DNA of 55,742 nucleotides, the filler included, from Sphacelaria rigidula (taxonomy: Eukaryota), in NCBI GenBank assembly GCA_964200075.2. It is 6 parts of 6 records of this genome, joined end to end, with 100 filler letters (N's around TTAATTAATTAA, not from the genome) between each part and the next. Parts side by side here need not be neighbours in the genome. Positions count along the whole stretch, not along the records: positions 1 to 9,209 come from CAXNAA020009041.1; positions 9,310 to 18,518 come from CAXNAA020009042.1; 4 more parts are not named here. One strand, written 5' to 3'. The position numbers and the translations under genes are program-made. Below, piece by piece: positions 1 to 13,100 of the stretch. Numbering within the stretch: position 1 is the stretch's first letter; each line of letters begins with the position of its first letter. The notes beneath the pieces were generated by a model. It was not told the DNA's origin. It saw nothing but the letters and a program-made list of their open reading frames with translations, and did not search any database.

Positions 1-3000
1 CAAACAGTTCGCAAGTCGGGTTGCCCACTTGAGCCTCAATTCAGAGTTAAACCTCAATTCGCACAATTGGCTGTTTGTTGAAGAATTTGACCTCTTTTGC
101 CCATTTGATATATGAGTTGGGGGCAAGAGGATGAATATTCAACAATTTCTGTTGCCTCTCCAATCTCATCTGTTGATTACGGTACCGTATGTGTGACTTG
201 AACAGCGGAGGCTGCTCGCAAATAAGTTCCTTTTTTGCCCAATTTCAGAATGAATTGGTGAGCATAATGAGGACTTATTCCGAAAAGCTTCTGCTGTACA
301 AACCCCATCTGCCAGTGCATATGGGATTTGTACCGCCTCTGCTGTTCGGATTAAATCCTTTATGCCCGATTCCAAATTTAGAATCGGGCCTGAAGGATTC
401 ATTTCGAACAGCAGAGGCTGTTCAAATTCCGGATTTCCATAGCACGCATGCCTTCAAAAACAATCCAGAGGATTGAGATATCGACAGAATCCTTCCAGAG
501 GGGGAACCTGACTCCCAGAGGACGCGATATCGTTGAAAACCCTCAAGAGGATTGCGAATGCCTAATATTCTCTAGGGGGAAGTTTCAAAACGGACGGCTA
601 CGAGAGTGACGCTTCCTAAATCCACTACAGGGTAGCCGAATGGCCGCGTGCGGACTGGCAAGCGAGAAGCTTTCAAAAGTCAGACCAGGAATATGTTTCA
701 CTAGTATTATCCGTATTCGGCAGATAACTCATGTGTATAATGTGAACGAACGAAAGCTAGACCCGTGGTTCGATTCTCCCCATGTAATGATCGTTGACGG
801 TCGATTCGAGTTGAGGTCGAAGAAGAGCCAGAGTAAGCAGCACAGACCCTGAAGATCAGCAGTTTTGTTAACAAGAATGATACTCGTCGGGACCAAGGAG
901 AAAAGCGTATAGGGAGCAAACCAAACGTCGAAAACCAGTCTTTGATTGGTCGTCGCAACCATAGCGCCCATGGTTAACCGGATCGCGTATGGTTGCGGCG
1001 ACCAATCAACATGTTGCTTTCCGACGCTCGCTTCGCTCCTCGCTTCTTGTGTCTCGCTAAAATATGACCCCTAACTCCGAGGCGAAACGGAGGATTGCTA
1101 GCAGCTGGAATTGACACCGAGATTGACCCCCGCCTGCCCCCCCAATCATTCTGATTCCTATACAAACCACATTTTTATTTCCAACACACTAAACCTTTGT
1201 ACACTCTATTTTCTTTACAACGCACATGTAGTCTATTTTCTACCCGAAGCGCTCATCATTTCCCTTACAAACACCCATTTACCCCATTTTCCATATTAAA
1301 TACCCGCGCACTTCATGTCCTATACAAAACTAATCGAGTCGGAGATCTTCCATGTCGTTCCTTCCGAGAATCTCTGCGCATCTATATGTTCCCGAACATG
1401 AGTGATTTCATGCTTGGACGAGCTCGCCCTGGACTCCGCCGAGGATCGTTTCGTACGGGGTGGTATATCAGGTGACCGTCTCACCGGCGCAACACTATCG
1501 TGACTATTCATCATGAAGATACTGGTTTTCGGTACATTATTTTGGTACGTTATCGACTTGTGCGTTCTGATTACATTATTTAATATCTCACGGAGTTTAC
1601 GCCAGATTCGAGAGTCTCACGAATGATTGAGAGTGAGTCTTATGATTCGCTTTTACTCGACCAATTTTCATTTTGCTTGAGTGATGTCCCCCATGTCAGT
1701 GTCGTGTGCTGACAGCTACACGTCGATAGTCTACTCAGAGTTGTGAGAGACTGCAGTGCCGAGCTACTGCTCACAGGATATAAGGCCTCGTATAAGGCCT
1801 GGAGAGGAACTTCGGCAATGAAACTGTATCAGGCATTATTCGACCACTTATAGACATATAAAGTTTCAGGGTCCTGCTCATTGACAAGTCCGAAGTAATA
1901 TACATATACGACGCTTTCTACGATAGCCGCCCCCCAAAACCAGCCCAAACGTTTCACGAAACAAATGACCATACAGCGCCTACTGTTTGGGTTGAGGCTG
2001 TATGAAGCACCTCATATTGGCGACATTGGCGATCGGGGTATCAAAAGAAGCCAGGGAAACGAACGATGCGACCCCTTTGGAAACAGATACAAACAGGTCC
2101 GGAGGGAAAGGGGTAACAGAATCAGTCACAGTAGCAAAATCGGAGCTTCAGATTGGCGAGCAAAGAATGGGGTCAGTTACAATTGTCGAGTGCAATCAGT
2201 TGATAGTCATTCCAGACGACGTAGCTGATGTCTCGACGTTAGTTCACACTCTTTCGCGTCTTCTTCGCTACTGTTGGAATAACTCGCGGTGTGTAGCACT
2301 GTCCTTGCGACAGGCTGACTACCGTTCAGCGAACAGTATTATGCAGAGGTTGCACCGTGGTTGTTAGACCACTGATTCTGCAATTCAAAGTAAGAACCAA
2401 TATTAAGACATATGGTTGATTGGGCTCTTCATCCGGCCAAGACAAAACAGAACGCACAGTCTCTTCTCAAAGCAGAGAACTGAAGGTAAAGAACGAGAGT
2501 GACTGTAAGTGCGGTGAAGACCACCGATTACAAGTATCTCAATCCTGGAACACAAAACAAAGACCTCTACACGTGCGTAGGCTGAAACGCATCCATAACA
2601 CTGACGTGTTGGTCGCCAGCTCACAGACTGGATTCTTACTCAACCTACGATACTCACAAACAATGGCAGCACACTATCGTATCCTACGATCTTACGTGAT
2701 ATCTAACATCAAGGGTCCACATAAAATGGTACTTTGATCCTTGGTCAATGTTGGGGGCTCCTGGCTGAACCGAAACCAACTGTGCCGCTAATATGCTACG
2801 GAGTGAAAAGCCCACACAGAAACGGACAGCTAGCTTACTGGCTGTATGAACGTTCAACGTCCCCCCTGGGTTATACGTCGCTGTAAATCAACTTCCGATC
2901 AAATCGTGAATTAGACAAATGAATTAAGAGTACGACAAGGCACGCTGTACTGATGCGTGAAAACCAGCCTGTGTTTTCATGCGTGCAGGTGGTATACGTT

Positions 3001-3213
3001 TACTTCAAGAGATGCCGTTACAATCGAAATTTCGTCCCCAGACACATACATTCGGACTATTTGCATGGCATCAAAGTTTTGGAGCCTGTAATGTCATGTA
3101 TCGCGGCGTAAGGGTGGAGAGGAAATACAAGGATGAGCCCAGCTATTCGACTGACGGACTCGAAGGGCTAGTTGATGTGACCTACGGGCATTCCAACTAG
3201 AGGAGAGGGAGGG

Positions 3214-5971
3214 TGTCCGTTTGTAGCGGTTACAGGCACGCCTTCGAGTGCGCCGTGGTTGCGTTACACGGCGCCACCCCTGGTTTTACTCTCTCTATAC
3301 GTGAGCAAAGCGAGCTAAGAGCTTATGTGACTGTATTGATGAGGCAATCAAAACCACCACCACAAAAGAGGAATATCATCGCCTGAAGCCGTGATTACGA
3401 CACCCTGACATTCAAGATGAATTGTTCTGCGTTGAACTGATCATTCTTCGTGCTGGAGACCGTTTGCGGTCATCATCCTGCGATTTTGCCGTCTGTAGCC
3501 AAATGATACCAAGCCATAGGTTTCAATATACTCGCATGCATGATTGGAGCAGTTGCAGGGGACAGGGGATCCTGGATTGATGACCCTTATCTGTGTGGTT
3601 CTTTGCTGTTTAGCTCTTGATGTAGTCTGTTGAGGACCACTCCGTGATAATATCAAGTCAGAAGAAAAGACTTGTCGAGCACGAGGCCAGTGGTACTGGA
3701 GGAGTCCCTCGTGGATAGCCCCCTTGTCCAGATCGACTGACAGAGGCCATACTATCTAGATATTCTTCCGGCACTGTGTTAGAGGAGTTCGGCTGAGGAG
3801 AAAGTGGGCTGCAGCTGAGAGCCAGTTTAGCCCGCAGACAGGAGGATACCAATTTGAAGCGCACAACAGTGGGGGGCGCTCCGTGGGCTGGAGGACGCAC
3901 AAGGTAGGTAAGAGTCTCTCCGTGAAGTGTTGAACTCTATTTGACATGGCTCAAGCGGCAGCAGCACCGCTGGTGTTGGATGAGCCGTTCGAATCGTCTA
4001 AGTATGGTGAAGTGTGGACAGAGGAGTCATCACGCGTTTTTTTCGCAGCATATCTGGACTACAAACAGCGTTTGGATCTCGCTAATTCTCTAGGAGTTGT
4101 GAGGCATGAGAGGGTGAGCATAGATCAACTCCTCCCTACATACATTCATCGGTGTTTTGAGGCATGTACAAGGAACGTCGGGCTATGACCCCCGACGATT
4201 TGCTAGATGTTGTGAAGCAGCATGCCGGGTACACCACAACCGGCGGCAAGCATGACGCTGCGCGGGGTACAGCAGAGCTACGTAGAGTTCTTATTATGCC
4301 ACAAAGCAGTGGGAAATCTGTCAAGGACCGTGCGATGATGGTCAGTTCATCGATGGAACGGGTTTTCGCAGAAAACCTGACGGTGCAAGCCATGTACCGT
4401 GCGGAGGAGAGGAGTTGATTGCCAGGCCCGGCCGAATCGGTTTCCATAGCTTTGGTGGACGGGATTTACCTCCGGAGTTCAACGCGCATGTTTGAAGTGT
4501 ACTAACGTATGTTGACGGCTGGAAAAAGAACCCGAGGGTGTTGTTCAAAAACATAGTTGGGGCCGCAGACCAGTGGAAGTTTATTGAAGCACATAGCCGC
4601 GCGATTCTGCAAGAAGTGCAGGTAATGCTTGCCACAAACAGCAACAGCAACAGCAACAGCAGCCGTCTTCGCGAGCGTCGTCCACTCGCGCGTGTCACAG
4701 CTGCGGCGACACCGGACACATGATCAAGGGCTGCCCCAAGCCTCGCGCTTAAGGCGCTGCGCATGGCAAAGCGTGAGGTTCATCAGGATCTCGGGGCGGT
4801 CGTCACGGTGGACGGGGCCGTGCCAACGAGGGACGCGGGCGCGGTGGCCGCGGTAGCAAGCAATCGGCAGCGGGTGGTGGTTCCTCCGCTGCTGTCTATT
4901 ACACTACGTCATCAGGTGGTGACTCTGGATCTTATGGTTCGTCCGTAGCGGGGCGGACTGTGTACGTAGGAGATGCAAATACTTCGGTGGGGAGTGCTGG
5001 AGCGAATAGTTCGCAACCCCTCGGCCAGGCAGGATCCGTGACTGGCGCATCTCTTACGGCTGCGACGGCTGTAACAGCACCGTCTGCATATAAACCAACT
5101 TGGCCTGGTTGGACTGACGATTCGCAGCTATCGATGCCAAGTGCTGGAGGGCAGCCTTGGCGTCAGGTGACTCTTGGTAAAGAACAGGGTTCTCCGGCAG
5201 GCGTGGTACCTGTCGATTGCAAGGCTGAATGCTTACGTGCAGATTTATCCTTGCCTGGCACTGTAGGTTCGTTCATGGCCCGCATTATTCTGGATTCTGG
5301 GTCCTCTCTCACGTTGATCGGTGTCGCGTTGCTTGAGCAAATGTCTTCGCAGTTTGGCGGCGCTCAGCTTCAGATTCCGTTCGAAAACGGACCGCAAACG
5401 GCGCAGACCGTCACGGGTGCTCCCGTGACGGTTACACATAAAACGGTGCTGATTACTGTTAGCGTGCGTATGCCGTAGGGGGCTGTGGAGTTGCAGCCCA
5501 TTACTTTCGCTGTCATGCCCGGGAGGGACAACGTGGTTCTATTTGGGATGGCGACGATGAAGGATATTGGGGTTGATTTGTACCCGCTGGCGTTGGAGAA
5601 GTTACGTCCGCGTGCTGTGCCGGTGTACACCGGCGTGGAAAATCCCAGCTACCTTGCTGCAAGGCGTAGGATCGTATCCATACGGTCATTTGTCTCAAAC
5701 TCGCTTTGCGGGTGCTGTGCCCAAACGATACAAAGCCGTAGGGTTTAGTGTAAGCGGATGCATGATTGGAGTAGGGGCAGGGGACAGGGGATCCTGGTTT
5801 AACGACCCCTATCTGTGTGGTCCTTTGCTGTTTAGCTCTTGATGTGGTCTGTAGAGGATCACTCCGCAGTAATATCAAGTTAGAAGAAAGGACTTGTCGA
5901 GCACGAGGCCATTGCTACTGGAGGAATCCCTGGTGGATAGCCCCCTTGTCCAGATCGTCTGGCAGAGGCCA
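3214..5971 (+). mobile_element. Degenerate Ty3/Gypsy-type LTR retrotransposon (gag plus protease; RT, RNase H and integrase absent)
   Basis: Diverged direct repeats at about 3466-3749 and 5682-5971, both ending GAGGCCA. A disrupted gag starts at ATG 3946 and has a CCHC knuckle CHSCGDTGHMIKGC (4693-4734). An aspartic protease follows: IILDSGSSLTLI (DSG at 5293-5301) and VVLFGMATMKDIG. Confidence 0.85.
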
Positions 5972-5977
5972 GACGTC

Positions 5978-6241
5978 CGAGAGAGTGATGCTGCGATAGG
6001 GTCTGCACTTTTGGGGTCAAAACCGGCCTGATTCAGACGTTCCTAGAATTAGGAACTACACAAGGATTTGTGTCAGGATATCCCCGTTTGCAAATTCATT
6101 CGGGATATCCCTAGCAAATTGGAAGAAATACCCTGGCGTACTCTAACCTATTTCGAAAGTCGTGTTTTGGATGAGATAAAGGGTTCCTAACAACTCTACT
6201 CTCAGGCCGTAAAAGTGCTGACCCTATCGCAGCATCACTCG
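5978..6241. mobile_element. About 265-bp MITE (Tc1/mariner-like), copy 1
   Basis: TIRs GAGTGATGCTGCGATAGGGTCTGCACTTT / AAAGTGCTGACCCTATCGCAGCATCACTC. The internal sequence is homologous to 17414-17679. Confidence 0.75.
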
Positions 6242-7802
6242 AGAATGGTGAGCCAGTGTAAACAGTCAAATTATACGTGAGTAAATATGCCGCATGTTGG
6301 TTCACGTAGCAATTTTCATGTTTTGCCCCGTCCTGTAAAGATCCGCCGTCACCGTGCCTGCGCAGCGATTATGATAACCAACGCAATGGAGACAATAACG
6401 AACTAGTGCGCGGACAAGCCAGAGAGTCTTACCAACTAGTCTGTCCATAACAGCAGCAGCCTAAAACATTTTCCCGTAGCATTCAACGCCAGATATACCC
6501 CGCATATATCAGAGAGCATGTAGCTTCGTTATGCGAAACCCTCAAACCCAGCTATGTTACTCATATATCAACATTGCGCACTCATGACCCCAAATCCCAT
6601 AGATACACTCAAGTCTCTACCGTACCTAGATAGCCTCGTGGGATATCGTGTCGACTGCGTTACCTACTGTTGTTGATACTCGACTCATCGCATGTGGTCT
6701 TGGTGAGCGATCGTAAATTCTGTACACAGGTTGATGAACAAATCAAGTACATACGATGTACTGCAGTCATGATACACAGTTTTTAAATGAATGGAAATCC
6801 TGCATACAGCCCTATGATTCCGAACTGTTCGCAAGTCAACACATATATCCTGTACGCAAGTCAATACATACATCAAGTGCGTACGGTACATTACTTACGC
6901 AAGACAGATTGAAAATAGAGCAAGCTAGGTTCTGTATACAGACCCATGTATTAAAAATAGTAACGAAACCTCATATCAATTTCGACATGTTTGCCAACCA
7001 TGCGCTATGGTGTACCGTACAGACAATCTCCCCTTGAATACGTTTTCCAAAAATTCATGGTACTTGCTTACAGTCAACAGAAAGGATATACGCACCATGT
7101 TGTTTTGAGCTTTGACCGCTCCCGGTCAAGCATCATTTAGCTAACATTGTGTAGTGTTGTAATGGCGTTCGTTGATCTCGTTCTGTCCGTTCTCAGAAGT
7201 GATGTTGTAGCTGTAGTAGCGTTCGTTAATCTCGTTCGGTCCGTTCTCGGCGGTGTTTTAGTATAGCTGCCCCCCTCATTCCGTGCCCTCACTCGGTCGT
7301 AGTTGCTGCAGCATGTAGTAGTGGTCTAAAATCCTGAAAGGTGAAGTACGGCGACCTGATCGCACGAAGTGTTCTGTTTCAAATGGAGCGCATAAAGTTC
7401 AACTGACGTGACGATGCTGCAGTACGTCCTGTGCTCCGAAATAGGTGATGCTTCTGGCGATGCTGAAGTGTGCGGAAGATGTGTCTCTGGATGCTGGCTT
7501 CTTGATAGTGGATGCTGTCCTCAGACTCATTGGAGTCACTTGGGATGATTGCTTCTTGAAAAAGCAGGTGATCTTCATTTGTTGTTGTGATGATTGTGTT
7601 GGCTGGTAGAGATTTTCTGTACCGCAAATTTTGCCCTCGACGTTTCTTGGAGGTTGAATTGCCCCGCTTTTTCCGTGTGCAGGTAGGGTATCTAGCACCT
7701 GCTGCAGTACTGATGAATCTGCTTTCTTGATGTCATGTATTTCTCTGACATACCCTGTTGTTGTATCTATGATGCCGGAACTACCCTGGTATGGTACCTT
7801 GG

Positions 7803-7894
7803 GCTGCTGCTGCTGCTGCTGCTGTCGCTGCTGTTGATGATGATAACGATGGTGGTGGTGGTGGTGGTGATGATGGTGATGATGGTGATGATGG

Positions 7895-7933
<39 letters not shown>

Positions 7934-7950
7934 CGGTGACGAGGAAGATG
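7803..7950. repeat. Compound trinucleotide microsatellite (GCT)n/(GGT)n/(GAT)n
   Basis: Read directly from the sequence. Confidence 0.95.
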
Positions 7951-8369
7951 ATCGCAATTCTTCTACGATGAATTCGGCGATATTTTCGTTTTAAAAGTGG
8001 CTAAGCCTCAGTTCTTGTACCCCTGCCGTAATTTCCAAGTCTATTGAAGTTGACATGTTTGTTCTTTTCGTAAAATTTCGGGTTTTCTCTACTATTTGTG
8101 CTGTTGTATGCAGATGAAGGCTTGTCCCATCAAGATATGTATTGTGCAGTAACTTCTACCCCTTCTCATTTTCCCCGGTGAACCGCACGATATTATCACT
8201 GTTCTGCCTGAAGGTGTCGAAGGTGGTTCGGCTATCTTAACTGCTCCTGTCGATTTGATGTCTGGGGGAGGCACAGCTGCTGATAATGCTGTGCCCATTC
8301 CCATGAATTCTCCGGACATTGATTCAGTCGTAAATGCTGACCCGGTGTTTGTGCTGAAGTTTCTTGAGT

Positions 8370-8760
8370 TCCGAATAATCTCATGTTGATGAAGTGGAGC
8401 GTACCGTTGTTGTTTTCGGTGTGTGATGGAATTTTGAATTTTCCAAAGTCGACGTGAGAGTCGACGGAGAATATGGTTGAAACACCTTTTGTCAATGCTC
8501 CAACAGGTGAGAAAATATGTTTTGCTAGGCTCGAAACACTAATGGCTGGAACGCGAACAGAGTGCTGATTACCCTGCTGATCACAGACGATGGAGTGGAG
8601 CACCACTCTTCCTGTTCTTCTACGTAGATGGCGACCTGCTGTAAGAATTCTCGTGGGAGGATCGGGTTTCACACAGTCAATAATCTCTTCTTCAATATTG
8701 GGCAGTAGCTGATCATCAATGTAATGGTGGCTGGCCCCGAAATCACATAACCATCTTGAA
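8370..8760 (-). mobile_element. Ty1/Copia pol fragment (protease region), degenerate
   Basis: WLCDFGASHHY (8721-8753) matches the Copia W(I/L)LDSGASHHM motif. It is followed at the usual spacing by VSSLAKHIFSPVGALTKG, similar to V..L..NL.SV..L...G. Confidence 0.75.
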
Positions 8761-9209
8761 TGATATAAAACCCAGTGACTGAGTGTTGTCCTTGTCTGCA
8801 GGATCAGCAAAAAACTAAAGCCTATGCCGCTTGGTGGCGAGCTTGTGTCAGTCAATGTTGGTGCTGCCGATCCGCTAGTCTCTTGAATTTGGATGTTGGA
8901 TGGTACAGTCCTAGATGCAGAATCCACGGTGACGGTGTTTGCATGCTGTTGATGTCCGTCTGTGATATGATGTGACTGCAGCATGTAGCCATGATCTTGG
9001 GCAAAGGTGACATGGAATGATGGACATTTTCATATTCAAATAGCGGAGGATTAGCTGCCCCTTGAGTTGACTTTCTGCGGAGAGCATGTATTTGAATAAA
9101 AAAAAAGGTAGTGACCCACCCATGGCATGTATTGCAGAGCTCGGCTCTTGGATTTTGTGGTATGACCTCAGTTTATGATGATTAGGGGGCGGCGAAACAC
9201 GTTTGAAGC

Positions 9210-9309
9210 NNNNNNNNNNNNNNNNNNNNNNNNNNNNNNNNNNNNNNNNNNNNTTAATTAATTAANNNNNNNNNNNNNNNNNNNNNNNNNNNNNNNNNNN
9301 NNNNNNNNN
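9210..9309. other. Artificial scaffold linker (also 18519-18618, 27827-27926, 37133-37232, 46438-46537)
   Basis: Each linker is exactly 100 bp: N44-TTAATTAATTAA-N44, which puts stop codons in all six frames. Confidence 0.98.
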
Positions 9310-9681
9310 CATGATCCACAGAGACTAATTTCGCGGTCTAAGGATCCAGAAAGACTAATCTCGCGGTCTAAGGGTAGGGCTAGGCTTAGACCGCGAGATT
9401 AGTCTTTCTGGATCATGCATACTTTTTTTTCACTTGAAATTGATGCCGACTAACCCTTAGACGGCGAGATTAGTCTTTTTGGATCATGCATACTTTTTTT
9501 CACCTGAAATTGATGCCGATTCAACAGAAGACTTACCTCGCGGTCTAGGGGTTAAGCAAAGCATTTCCGAGCGTTAACCCTTAGACCGCGAGATTAGTCT
9601 TCCTGGATCATGCATACTTTTTTTCACTTGAAATTGCGATGCCGATTCAACAGGAGACTAACCTCGCGGTCTAAGGGTTAA
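9310..9681. mobile_element. Cluster of about 100-bp piggyBac-like MITEs
   Basis: The best copy (9578-9677) has TIR CCCTTAGACCGCGAG(A/G)TTAGTCT and TTAA on both flanks (9574-9577, 9678-9681). A second copy lies at 9454-9551 and partial copies at 9310-9450. Confidence 0.85.
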
Positions 9682-10140
9682 GATTTGGGACGTAAAACAG
9701 AAATTGTATGTATCTCCGGGTTTAACGCTTTCAAGGCCAGGTCGGGTGCGGTATATACAGTGCCCGATCCTTCAACGAGTCGTGGATCACCTGGATAAGT
9801 CTCAAAAACTTGTTGGTATGGGCTTTGAACCCTTTTGACCGAGTGTAAGTTATTCGCTGAATCAGCATCAATTTCACTCGAAAAGTGGGTGCATGACCAG
9901 ACGACCTACCCTCGAGATCAAATAGTCAAAGATGTCGGGAGACAGGGAACAAATACCGAAAAACGGTGAAGTTTATCGGCGGTCGGTCGCAGTAGTTAAT
10001 GGAATAACGAACTATCACAAAACTTAGCAGCGGGGATATTTGAGGATACCAATTTTGAAGGTGTTTGTCCGTGACCGGGGTCGTGCTGTATCATGAGAAC
10101 TGAGAACTAAGGACCAAGACCTGAAAACGCTTTTTGCTGC

Positions 10141-13100
10141 CTAGCAGCAAGACGATCGTTTTCTTTTATCTGGCGCACTTTCAACCCTTCCTCTCCCTTC
10201 GGATGAGTTCGTGGATTCGGGGTATGGTGTTGTCTCTTCCCCGGTGCACGCCTTGCATTTGCTATAACAGATTCGATCAGCACTTTCCAACCGGATCGAC
10301 CCTGTGTAGATGTAGATCAGGAAGAAAAAACTCTTCCAGTCTGCTGTTTTCAACAACGGGAAGCAGATACTTTGAGGGGTAAAAATCCTCATCTGCAACG
10401 CGGATGACTGAGAGTGACGCAACGTGCCCAGCGCGGTGATACGGCATGCCACACGATTGCGTTAGATGGTGTTGATTGACATGAATCAACGAGCTCATTC
10501 CTGGCCGCGAGCTATAGAGGATATACTTGCCCCATTTTTGAACCCCTCGTATGTGCTTCAGAAAAGGATGTTCACAGACCTTACGGCATAACGGCGAACA
10601 TCGGTTCAGAACAAAACTACGGTACAGTCAGGGAGTGCAGTACATGTGAAGACCGGGCTACATGAGGCGCAGACAGCTGTCGTCTGCGTTTCAGTACGTA
10701 ATGTTGTCTGTTGGATATCTTAGATGCAGCACACAGGATGTTGGCAGCAGATTCCGGCGCTGTCGATGATGAGATCATTACGTTACCTTTGTCACCATCA
10801 GTGCCTCGCCGTTGCTCCACCACTTGCAGCTTCGCTGTGTGAACTGCAGACAGCTGAGGCAGTAATAAGGTGGCGCAGAAAAAGCACATCATCACGTAAT
10901 CGTTTTTGAAAACGATTTTCAAATAGATGGACTGTCGTACCGGAGTAGCGTGACGGCATCGCGTTCGCGTCTAAGTAAGTGCATATTCCGAGAGTGCAGA
11001 GGACTGTTTGTCTGGGGTCCCTGAAAAGGTCAAGGTTAGACCCGGCTGCTTTCATCAAGTGTCATCGGATAGCAAAAAATCGCCAGTCGACGCAGCGGGG
11101 TGCAACATTCCTACTGACGATGCATTTTCAAAAAACAGAATCTGGGGGGGTTATCGGATAAAATCGACGCAGGAAACGGTCGACGTGTTAGTGCGTCCGG
11201 TGTGTCGGTCGACCTTATCACTACTGCGTGTACGGCACACGTCAAGCAAATACCGGGTACCGAAAACACGAAAGCAAGAAGCGAGTCGCATCTACTACAC
11301 ACCGCATAGTCACCTGCTTTTATGCACTGTGCACTACGGTACAGGTGGGACGTAACGGTACGGTGTAGCTCCCAACGCAATCTGCAAACTGCAGCACGTA
11401 TGGTCAATGTCAGGGGCGTGACTTGGTGCGTTGTTATCTCGTTCACTTGCAATCGATGCGCTTGGAAATCACCACTGCAGTAAGCATGTGCATGCACCGT
11501 GCATGCCCTTCTCCTCAACATGAGGCAGACCATGCACGGCGCTTCCTCATCTAGGCCCGCAGGAAACTCTCCACGGGGTGAAGCGAGCAGTGATACAATA
11601 TTGGAAGTTGTCAACTCTCACAACACGCAGCATCGTGCCGTGCGGAATTGTTGTGTGAAGCGGAACAGCATGGTCAGCGAAGACACTTCAGCACAGTAGT
11701 CAACAACGTCCTGTCAACCCCACAACCCTACCTTGCCGGCAAATCAAATACGCGTAAGGCAGTTGGCGGACGGAATCAATTCAGGTAGTACTGAAGCAAG
11801 AAATACATGCGCACAGCCACACGCGGGTAATCCATGAGCTATAATAGCAGTCATCACTAGATGCCTCAAACACTTCACCGAGCAAGTAGCTTCTTCCCCG
11901 TTTTCCGTTTGTTTGCTACTGCTGTGCTATCAACGAGAGAGACAGCCGAGAGGTCTCCAACTGGGGGGGTCATGGGGCCCACGATGTACGAAAGTTTGAA
12001 ACATGGAATGGGACCTGGAGGCCCGGAGGACAGGATAAACGCCGTCGAAATCCGGGTGCTGAAGTGCTACAGCCGAAAGAAATGACAGTTGTCGGGAAAA
12101 TACTTGCACAGAAGGACATGCCGAGGGTGAAGGTACCAATATTTCTTCCTCGAGTTGTGTGCCTGCGCTATTGACTGATAGCCTAGTGCAACGCAAGTCG
12201 CCCATGCGATAACAGGAAGTGTAGCCGAGTCGCTAAACCAGAGGCTGCTGCTAACGTATTTGTCGACGAATCCGCCCGGCCAAGACGCAACAGGACGGGA
12301 GGAGCTGTGAAAAAAATATACCCGCCCCTTTTTGACTTTTTCAAAAGACACAGCCGCCACTTTCAGTTTTATCTTGGAAGAGAGAAAAAGCAGGTGAACG
12401 GAAAAGGGGGCCTTCAAGAGACACATGCACGTGCAGCAGCAGTCGGTTGAGTACAATAGCGGCGCCTGTTTCATGACGATGACTTTCTCGGAGGCTAGTC
12501 AAATCAACTGTTTCAGCCAAAAGTAGATGCACCTACGCCCTTTGACGCAGGGTGTGGGTTCAGGAGAAGGGTCCGTGGCCGGCGTCGACTACGCTCGTCG
12601 AAAGTTCCGACTGTTTGAAAAAGGAGGTTACATTACTTATCTCATCAGCTTTCCAGGAATACCCCCACTGTCCGTCGTTTGCGTGCGTCGGCTATCTGTG
12701 TGCCTGCACCAGACAGATGTAAACTTATAGATTGCAAAAGAAAATCAAAACGGACTCCGGTCTTGGTCTGGTCCTGCAGTTTCATTCTCTTTTGTATAGC
12801 AGCTGGCGTTGGCACCGTGCATGACCCCGCGTCACCCCCTTCGTCTGCCTGAGACCCGCCCTTTCGTGCACTCCGTTGCAATAATGCATTCATGATCAAA
12901 TTTACAGTACAGACAGTGGTGCGCTTCAGAAGGGGAGAATCAGGGGCTTGTGGCCAGGAAGCGTGTGCAGTACAGTGAGTGCGTACGGCGTACGGTGTAG
13001 GGGCCGAATACATGATTCCTCAGTGTACAAACATACAGCCCAATTTCCCGTCGTTGGTCGTATGATGGGGACACTTCTGCCACAGGTAGGTGCCGGTCAC

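Noticed and set aside
2002-2367. 121-aa ORF with a signal-peptide-like start
   Set aside because: No recognisable domain, splice context or second line of support.
3215-5979. GTCCG as a 5-bp TSD of the Gypsy element
   Set aside because: It would give non-canonical TT...AC termini, and the right-hand GTCCG overlaps the start of the adjacent MITE. Likely chance.
7735-7994. Poly-Met/Leu/Val and poly-Asp/Gly ORFs (also 14286-14599)
   Set aside because: These are translations of trinucleotide microsatellites.
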